Notes under the pieces: generated by a model
What the model was told of the DNA's origin: nothing
The model's database searches: none
Seen by the model: the letters and a program-made list of their open reading frames with translations, nothing else
Part shown: positions 57,794 through 64,000 of the stretch, in pieces
Position numbering within the stretch: position 1 is the stretch's first letter
Layout of the letters: every line of letters begins with the position of its first letter
Translations under genes and position numbers: made by a program
Assembly: GCA_011389745.1 (NCBI GenBank)
Contig: JAABTQ010000008.1
Span: forward strand, 61,497-125,496
DNA from: Desulfobacteraceae bacterium
GTDB lineage: Bacteria > Desulfobacterota > Desulfobacteria > Desulfobacterales > SKZT01
Direction: 5' to 3'
DNA: 64,000 bases

Positions 57794-59229
57794 AATATTG
57801 CATGCGGGTGTTGGGATTTGTTGTCGGATTGATGTTTTTTTTATCTAATTCTCATGTCTCTGGTGAGGATATGCGGGTCATGAGCCGGAATGCCGAGCAG
57901 AAAAAACAGGAAGTAATACGCAAAGCACAACAGGAAAAGGCTGAAGCTTTAAAAGAACAGGAGAAAATTCAAAAAAAGATTAAAGCCGATGAAGATCTTC
58001 TGGCTTCAGCCATTTCAAAACTGAAGTCTGAAAATCAAGTGCTTGATAAAAGATTACGGGAGATTAAAGAACGCCTCATCGAAAAAGCCGACCGGGAAAA
58101 AATTCTGATTGAAAAACTAGAAGAAGCAAGCTCTGAAATCCGGGAACTGGTCGGGTTTGTTCGGGTCAGTGCAAGGGATTTGGAAGGAATCCTCAACCAA
58201 AGTCCCCAAAGTGCTTTTTTTCCGGATCGTGTGGAGATTTTGGAGGCCATAAAAAATGAACAAAAATTTCCAAATATGGCCGATATTGAACAAATGGCAT
58301 CACTTTTGTTCGAGGAAACCGCTCTTTCCGGAGCGGTCAGTGTCCAAAATGGTACCATCGTGGACCGCAACGGCGCCGAAGTTGAAGCGGATATTCTTAT
58401 TCTTGGAAATTTTACCGCCGCTTACCGTCATTCATCCGAGGTTGGATTTTTGCTTTATTCCGAAACGAGCAAGCGGTTTTTTGCGCTTTCCAAACTTCCC
58501 GGCTCAAGAATTCAAAAACGGATCACCTCCTACATGGACGGCCAATCAGATTACTCGCCGATCGATATATCGCGGGGAGGTGCCCTAAGACAACTGACAC
58601 ACCAGTTGTCCATGATGGAGCAAATCCCCCAGGGTGGTCCCATTGTCTGGCCTATTATGTTGATTTTGGTTCTGGGTGTTCTGATTGTCCTGGAACGTGG
58701 TAATTTTCTGTATCGGTATAGTATAAATGCTGATCAATTCATGCAGTGCATTTCAAATTCCATTGCCGATGGTAAATGGGATGAATGCCAGGCCATGTGC
58801 GTAAAGCATGAAACAAAAGCAGTTCCTAAAATCATTCTTGCAGGGCTTCAGGCCCGGGAAATGGATCGGCAGGATATGGAAAATGCTTTGCAGGAAAGTA
58901 TTTTAAGAGAGATACCTAAACTGGAAAAATTCTTGTCAACACTCGGCGTGTTGGCAGGGATTGCGCCTTTATTGGGGTTGCTGGGTACCGTGGCTGGAAT
59001 GATCGAGACATTCCATGTTATTACCTATTTTGGAACGGGTGATCCCCGAATGATGTCCGGTGGCATTTCCGAGGCTTTGGTAACCACCATGCTGGGACTT
59101 TCAGTTGCCATTCCCCTGATGCTTTGCCATACCCTTTTAACCCGCAGGGTGGACACGATGACGGCTCAGATGGAAGAAAAAGCGGTTTCATTTGTGAACA
59201 CTGTTTTTGCCCACAGAAACAATACATGA
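57790..59229 (+). CDS. MotA/TolQ/ExbB proton-channel protein with a long periplasmic N-domain (TtpC-like)
   Basis: 479 aa. C-terminal ExbB motif: LGVLAGIAPLLGLLGTVAGMIETF...GISEALVTTMLGL. Confidence 0.75.
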   Translation: MKYCMRVLGFVVGLMFFLSNSHVSGEDMRVMSRNAEQKKQEVIRKAQQEKAEALKEQEKIQKKIKADEDLLASAISKLKSENQVLDKRLREIKERLIEKADREKILIEKLEEASSEIRELVGFVRVSARDLEGILNQSPQSAFFPDRVEILEAIKNEQKFPNMADIEQMASLLFEETALSGAVSVQNGTIVDRNGAEVEADILILGNFTAAYRHSSEVGFLLYSETSKRFFALSKLPGSRIQKRITSYMDGQSDYSPIDISRGGALRQLTHQLSMMEQIPQGGPIVWPIMLILVLGVLIVLERGNFLYRYSINADQFMQCISNSIADGKWDECQAMCVKHETKAVPKIILAGLQAREMDRQDMENALQESILREIPKLEKFLSTLGVLAGIAPLLGLLGTVAGMIETFHVITYFGTGDPRMMSGGISEALVTTMLGLSVAIPLMLCHTLLTRRVDTMTAQMEEKAVSFVNTVFAHRNNT

Positions 59230-59840
59230 TACAGGTTTTTTCAGATCAATATTATCCGTTACAGGCATATCTGGTGGCCGGGGGTGTGATCATGGTGCCA
59301 TTGCTGGCCATTTCCATTGTCATGTGGGTTCTGATTATCAATCGGATATTTTTTTTCAGGCGGCTCACCAGAAAAAACATGACCCGTGAACGCGCGGCCC
59401 GTTATATTCAGGAAGGTCAGATACCCGACCCCGAAGATTACAAGGGAGCCATTGCCATGCTGGTGACTGAATTTCAGGCCCGCCGCACCGGAACCGCGAA
59501 TATCGATCGCAATATCCTGGATGAAACGGTGATGTCGGTGGTGTCAAAACTTGATGACAACCTCACTATTATTGGGGTTCTGGCGAAGGTATCACCATTG
59601 CTTGGTTTGCTGGGAACCGTTACGGGCATGATAGCAACTTTTGACATTATTTCGGTTTTCGGCGCAGGCAATGCCAGGGCAATGGCCGGGGGTATTTCAG
59701 AAGCGTTGATTACCACCCAGACCGGTCTTATGGTGGCAATTCCCGGACTTTATGCTCATAATTTCCTGACAAGGCGGGCCGAAAATCTCAAACGCAGAGT
59801 GGCTTCGGTGGGTATGTATTTAAGCCGTAATTTAAAATGA
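59226..59840 (+). CDS. exbB: ExbB/TolQ-family proton channel
   Basis: ATG 59226 makes an ATGA overlap with the upstream stop. Motif: SPLLGLLGTVTGMIATF...GISEALITTQTGLMVAIP. Confidence 0.8.
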   Translation: MIQVFSDQYYPLQAYLVAGGVIMVPLLAISIVMWVLIINRIFFFRRLTRKNMTRERAARYIQEGQIPDPEDYKGAIAMLVTEFQARRTGTANIDRNILDETVMSVVSKLDDNLTIIGVLAKVSPLLGLLGTVTGMIATFDIISVFGAGNARAMAGGISEALITTQTGLMVAIPGLYAHNFLTRRAENLKRRVASVGMYLSRNLK

Positions 59841-59859
59841 AAGGCGGACAGAGAATATC

Positions 59860-60282
59860 ATGCTTAATATCTCAGCAGCAAGAAAAGCCAGAAGACAGCC
59901 ATTGGATTTAAACATCGCACCGCTGATCGATATGGTTTTCATTTTATTGATATTTTTTCTGGTCACCACCAGTTTTGTGAAAGAAAGCGGTGTGGATATC
60001 GACCGCCCTACGGCTGCGACAGCGGCTGTGCAGGAAAAAGCAAGCATTATGATCGGTGTGACAAAGGACAATCTCATTTTCATGGAAAACCGGGAAATCG
60101 ATATCCGCGCGGTTCGCGCCAATGTTGAAAGGGCATTGGCTGAAAATCCCGAGGGAGCAGTGGTGATCGTGGCGGACAAACACAGCCGGACCGGTATCGC
60201 TATCGAGGTTATGGATGCCTGTCGTATGGCGGGCGCAAAGATTGTCTCCCTTGCCGCCCGGTTGCCCGGAACTACGGAATAG
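59860..60282 (+). CDS. exbD: ExbD/TolR-family biopolymer transport protein
   Basis: LNIAPLIDMVFILLIFFLVTTSF. Confidence 0.85.
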   Translation: MLNISAARKARRQPLDLNIAPLIDMVFILLIFFLVTTSFVKESGVDIDRPTAATAAVQEKASIMIGVTKDNLIFMENREIDIRAVRANVERALAENPEGAVVIVADKHSRTGIAIEVMDACRMAGAKIVSLAARLPGTTE

Positions 60283-60286
60283 ACAC

Positions 60287-60997
60287 ATGATAGCGGAAAT
60301 ACTCAAAAAACCGGATGCTCATTTTCGATGGCTCAAGACAGGGTCCATTTGGACCGGTTCAATTTTATTGGCCGTTATTTTAAATATCGCACTTTTCAGC
60401 CTAATGCCCAGGTTGATTCAATCGAATCATCAGCAGACTCAAGCATTTGACAAAATCCAGACGGTTAATTTTATCCGGATTAAACCAAAGGAAATTCCGC
60501 CCAAACCCAGGGAGAAAAAAAAAGAGCCCGAAAAAAAAACACCGGAAAAACAAAACATTGTCAGAACCGCAACAAGTCCGCCCAAACCATCCTTTAAAAA
60601 ACCGGACCTGCCCTTTGAACTCAATCCTCGATTGCCGGTCGGCGCAATTCAGCTTCCGGCGCCGGATATCCAATCCATATCCTTGGAGGGTCCCGATCTG
60701 AAAGATTTTTATGAGGTGGGAGAAATCGATTCACCATTAACGCCAGTTGTTCAGATGCATCCGATTTATCCCATGATGGCAAAACGTCAGGGAACAGAAG
60801 GGTGGGTCAAGGTGAGATTTCTGGTCACTGAAACCGGTCGTGTGGAGAAAATTTCTGTCCTTGATGCACAACCTCAAAACATTTTTGACCATGCGGTCAT
60901 ACAATGCGTGAATGCATGGCGTTTCAAACCCGGTACCGTCGAGGGAATTCCGGTGAATGTCTGGGCCGAAACCGTTATACGTTTTGAATTGGAGTGA
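60287..60997 (+). CDS. tonB: Energy transducer TonB
   Basis: TM anchor, a Pro/Lys/Glu-rich linker (PKEIPPKPREKKKEPEKKTPEKQ), and a TonB_C domain (YPMMAKRQGTEGWVKVRF.V...G.V....V). ATG 60287 is preferred. Confidence 0.8.
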   Translation: MIAEILKKPDAHFRWLKTGSIWTGSILLAVILNIALFSLMPRLIQSNHQQTQAFDKIQTVNFIRIKPKEIPPKPREKKKEPEKKTPEKQNIVRTATSPPKPSFKKPDLPFELNPRLPVGAIQLPAPDIQSISLEGPDLKDFYEVGEIDSPLTPVVQMHPIYPMMAKRQGTEGWVKVRFLVTETGRVEKISVLDAQPQNIFDHAVIQCVNAWRFKPGTVEGIPVNVWAETVIRFELE

Positions 60998-62322
60998 AAA
61001 CCATGAGATTGAAAAAATCGATCCTGACGGGATTTTTGGTTTTGTTTATATTGTGTTTTGCAGCTAATGCCTCTCAAAATAAAAGCGATGATATACCTCT
61101 TGCGCTTCGTATAATTTTAAATGATGCATACAGAAATTTTGACAGACAGGAGTATAAAAAAGCGATTGAAACACTCGATATTTTTCGCACCGGAGGAAAA
61201 AACGGATTTGATCATTATCTGGTCGATTTTTCTCTGGGAAATGCCTGGTTGCACCTGAACAATCCGTCCAGGGCAGTGCCCTTTTATGAATCTGCGATCG
61301 CCAAAAATAGGGATTTTTCCGCTGCCTGGTTGAATCTTGCCAGATGCCGATATGACCTTTCACAATTTAAAAAAGCTGCGGAGGCTTTTGAAAAGGGATA
61401 TGAAACATCCTCACCCAAACAGGGGGAAACGCTTTATTATGCCGCGGCATCCTATTTTAGCGACGGCAATGCTTCAAAAACCGTTGAAGTCATGGAGCGG
61501 TTGTTTAAAAATCATCCGGAAGATATCAGGCCTGAATGGAAAGAAACTCTGGTGAATGCCTATCTTGCTGTGAAAGAAAACAAAAAGGCCCTTGTGTTCA
61601 TGGAAGAACTTGTAACCCAATTTACCGGCGAAAAAAAACTCCAATGGCAGGAGACGATTTTATATCATTATCTTTCCATGAATATGCAAAAGAAGGCCCT
61701 TCGGATGGCTGACCAGCTTTCGGAAACATATCCTCTCGAACCCAAGTGGTGGAAAGCCCTTGCTCACATTCATCTTTCTATGGATCACCACCGGGAAGCA
61801 TTGGCCGCAATGACCATTTACGGATATTTGCAACCTTACAATGAGAGGGAAAAAATACTTATGGCCGAGCTTAGCCTCATGGCGGGAGTTCCGTCCAAAG
61901 CGGTTACTTATTATGAATCACTGCAGGCTCAAACTTCCCAATCAGAAATCATTGTCAAAATAGTTCAAAGCTATCAGATGATGAACCAGCCGGAACAGGC
62001 CTTGAAATGGGCTGAAAAAGGTCTTTTGCAAGCCAAATCATCGGAATTGATGATGCAAAAGGCCACTCTTTTGTATGAACTTCGCCAATATGAAAAATCC
62101 ATCCAGACTTTCGAGTCTTTTATAAATGAAAAAAAAGGCGATATCGGCCTGGCATGGCTGATGATCGGCTTTGCAGCGGCTCAGGACAACAATCTGGATA
62201 AGGCCGTTATCGCTTTTGAAAATGCCTCAAAATTTGAACGCCATCAAAAAACAGCTATATCCCATCTGGAGCAGATGAGGAATATCAAAAGTTCGGCATT
62301 TCATCAGGGAAATTTGCCATGA
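60994..62322 (+). CDS. Tetratricopeptide-repeat protein (TtpD-like)
   Basis: Signal peptide plus multiple TPR-like repeats. It is the last gene of the TonB2-type cluster. Confidence 0.7.
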   Translation: MKTMRLKKSILTGFLVLFILCFAANASQNKSDDIPLALRIILNDAYRNFDRQEYKKAIETLDIFRTGGKNGFDHYLVDFSLGNAWLHLNNPSRAVPFYESAIAKNRDFSAAWLNLARCRYDLSQFKKAAEAFEKGYETSSPKQGETLYYAAASYFSDGNASKTVEVMERLFKNHPEDIRPEWKETLVNAYLAVKENKKALVFMEELVTQFTGEKKLQWQETILYHYLSMNMQKKALRMADQLSETYPLEPKWWKALAHIHLSMDHHREALAAMTIYGYLQPYNEREKILMAELSLMAGVPSKAVTYYESLQAQTSQSEIIVKIVQSYQMMNQPEQALKWAEKGLLQAKSSELMMQKATLLYELRQYEKSIQTFESFINEKKGDIGLAWLMIGFAAAQDNNLDKAVIAFENASKFERHQKTAISHLEQMRNIKSSAFHQGNLP

Positions 62323-62482
62323 TAGCGATGAATTCGTTGCTGTGGAGTCTCCCGGATTTTCCCTGGATATTAAGGGAGTTGTAATGATAATATTTACTGT
62401 TTCGGATGATGATTTCGACAGGAATAAACGGATATTGCCTGATCTGAAAAACTTGGCCCAATAATGTATAAAACCTGATGTT

Positions 62483-63168
62483 TCAGTTAAGTTTGGACAT
62501 GCGGATCTTTTTGAGTATTTTTGGGATAAAGAGCGAAAATGCAAAAAGGGTAAGAGAAAAAAAAACTTTCCAGCTCATAAGCTCCTCCCACCGGCCGCTG
62601 ATCCAAACATCTCTGAGGGTTCCTACGAAGAAGGTAAAAACAAAAGTACCCACAATAATGCCTAAGGCAGTGCCGAAAAAATAATCCCAAAAGTGAACTT
62701 TGGTTAATCCCATCCCGAAATTCATCGGGGTAAACGGAAAATAGATCAAGCGCAGGTAAAGTACTGTGGCAAAGCCGTTTCGTTCGATGCATCATATCGT
62801 TTCAGCCTGTCACCAATGAGGGTGGCAGCAAAATCACGCCCCAGATATCGCCCGATAAAAAAAGCCATGCTCGATCCGAGCATGGCACCCAGCCAGACAT
62901 ATGCAAATCCCCAATATGGACCGAAAACTGCTGCCCCCATGGCTGTCAAAAGTGTACCGGGAAGAAAGATACAGACACCACCGGCATAAATGAACACAAA
63001 CATCAAAGGTGCCCAAATACCAGCCGATGCCAGGAAAAGCTCGAGATAATCGGCTGTAAAATATTCTTTTGCCGATGAAAAACGTACTAAAAAAATGGCT
63101 GCCATAGTGAACATAAGCAGGATGACTGCCTTGATGAGCGCGGATCTTTTATTGAGATGGGTTTTCAT
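62483..63168 (-). pseudogene. TVP38/TMEM64 (DedA/SNARE-associated superfamily) membrane protein gene with a frameshift
   Basis: The N-part (63168..62746) ends ..GRYLGRDFAATLIGDRLKRYDASNETALPQYFTCA*. A different frame continues with the family-typical ..ERNGFATVLYLRLIYFPFTPMNFGMGLTKVHFWDYFFGTALGIIVGTF.. A 1-nt indel near 62787 is implied. Confidence 0.6.
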
Positions 63169-63299
63169 GAAGATTACTCTTAACTATATCATTTGCAGCT
63201 TTGCAGGGAGAAGCCATTTGTTAAATGATTTAAGTGGTGCATTTGAAAAATCGCTTATCACATGCACCACATCACAATTGCTGTTTTCAAAGATAATGA

Positions 63300-63569
63300 T
63301 TACAGAATTCCTAAATGACGTCGAATACTCGATTCAATTTCCTCCTGGCTTACAGGGCAACCCTGAAATAGAAGCTCATCGCCCAGCATTATTGCAGGAG
63401 CAGCTGGTAGATCTGAATCAGGATGTTTCAGCTGCCGATATGCTTCTCTGGATTTCGATATCGTTTCGATTTTTAAATTGTATTTTCTTCCCAGCCTGGG
63501 AAGAATTTGAAGGAAATGCCCTCATGTATTTCCAATTGGTTCGTTTAAGAACAGGTGAAGCTTTAACAT
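63300..63569 (-). CDS. Candidate selenoprotein, paralogue 2 (TGA at codon 16 read as Sec); not in ORF track
   Basis: AGGAGGA, 5 nt, ATG 63569. Reads MLKLHLFLNEPIGNT-U(63524-63522)-GHFLQILPRLGRKYNLKIETISK...RRHLGIL*, with TAA at 63302-63300. A hairpin CUUCCCA-GGC-UGGGAAG lies 18 nt after the TGA. It aligns gap-free with paralogue 1 across the TGA. Confidence 0.6.
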
Positions 63570-63594
63570 CTTTTTCCTCCTGTATCCCGTATCA

Positions 63595-63915
63595 TTATGA
63601 TTTCCCCAAGAGCTTTTTCAGCATTCCTTTTTTGGGCTCTTCAGGTTCCGGAAGGCCCAGATGGCGGCAAATGCAAACTTCAACCTCATGTTCCGAAACA
63701 TTTTCTCCCTCCACCACAATCTCTTCCTCCACCATGACCGCCGGGGCCACGGGCAGGTCTAACCCGAAGTATCCATCGGTATGGTAATCCGCCTTGGGCT
63801 TGGAAATAACTTCAATGTCTAAAGGATATTTTTTGCCCAACCTGGGCATCATCTGTTTGAAGTTCTTTCAGGGCTTACCATTGGGTTCGTTGAGAAAAAA
63901 TCGAACTTTAAGCAT
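63595..63915 (-). CDS. Candidate selenoprotein, paralogue 1 (TGA at codon 16 read as Sec); ORF track shows only the 3' part
   Basis: AAGGAGA, 5 nt, ATG 63915. Reads MLKVRFFLNEPNGKP-U(63870-63868)-KNFKQMMPRLGKKYPLDIEVISK...CRHLGLPEPEEPKKGMLKKLLGKS*. A hairpin UGCCCA-GGU-UGGGCA lies 19 nt after the TGA. There is no SD before the track's internal ATG. Confidence 0.65.
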
Positions 63916-63960
63916 TGTTATCTCCTTTGATCAGTGTTTGTGATTTGTTGGTTATTAACC

Positions 63961-64000
63961 TTATTTTTTGAGTTCACCCATGCGGTTCAGAAATGGTTCC
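63961..64000 (-). CDS. 3' end of an upstream gene (unknown), same strand as the Sec-candidate pair
   Basis: The minus frame reads ..EPFLNRMGELKK* with TAA at 63963-63961. It is open to the window edge and too short to identify. Confidence 0.3.
   Translation of the reverse strand, partial: EPFLNRMGELKK

Noticed and set aside
62385-62465. 26-codon ORF MIIFTVSDDDFDRNKRILPDLKNLAQ* after the TPR gene
   Set aside because: It has a GGGAG 6 nt upstream, but it is very short and nothing supports it as coding. Left uncalled.
63095-63787. 230-aa plus-strand ORF
   Set aside because: It is antisense to the two SD-preceded, mutually conserved minus-strand ORFs and overlaps the TVP38 gene start. It has no SD and a Ser/Thr/Phe-rich shadow-frame composition.

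Overview
All product calls come from motif and family recognition by eye, with no database search, so they are family-level. This is a 64-kb chromosomal segment of a low-GC bacterium. Gene content and order suggest a sulfate-reducing deltaproteobacterium (Desulfobacteraceae-like); that is inference only. Most of the window is housekeeping: feoAB with a divergent DtxR-family repressor, fabI, an L,D-transpeptidase, an OpuC/YehZYXW-type osmoprotectant ABC system, corA and a PAS hybrid histidine kinase. It continues with an asparagine-synthase homologue, gdhA, secA, clpS-clpA-aat, a BtuFCD-like ABC importer and a DUF39-thpR-recA-alaS-LON operon. The remaining core blocks are kdsA-kdsC-lptCAB-rpoN-hpf-ptsN-EIIA(Man), gap-tpiA-secG-tRNA-Leu(GAG) and a six-gene Vibrio TonB2/Ttp-type energiser cluster. 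Three stretches look accessory or degenerate. (i) 13.2-19.4 kb holds palindromic dispersed repeats, gene remnants, a divergent pair of unknown function and mazEF. (ii) 33.1-33.7 kb is a 600-bp non-coding tract with a nested ~175-bp inverted repeat. (iii) 51.7-56.6 kb, directly downstream of tRNA-Leu, is an islet. It carries a more GC-rich cassette-like gene, three toxin-antitoxin-like pairs (two with broken toxins), gene remnants, two attC-like palindromes and a MITE-like element, but no recombinase gene. The most interesting signal is at 63.30-63.92 kb on the minus strand. Two tandem paralogous small ORFs each have a strong Shine-Dalgarno site and an in-frame TGA at codon 16. Amino-acid conservation continues on both sides of the TGA, and a GC-rich hairpin follows each one. 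This is a candidate selenoprotein gene pair that the ORF track splits or misses. It sits next to a frameshifted TVP38/DedA-superfamily membrane-protein gene. No rRNA, CRISPR array, transposase or integrase was seen.
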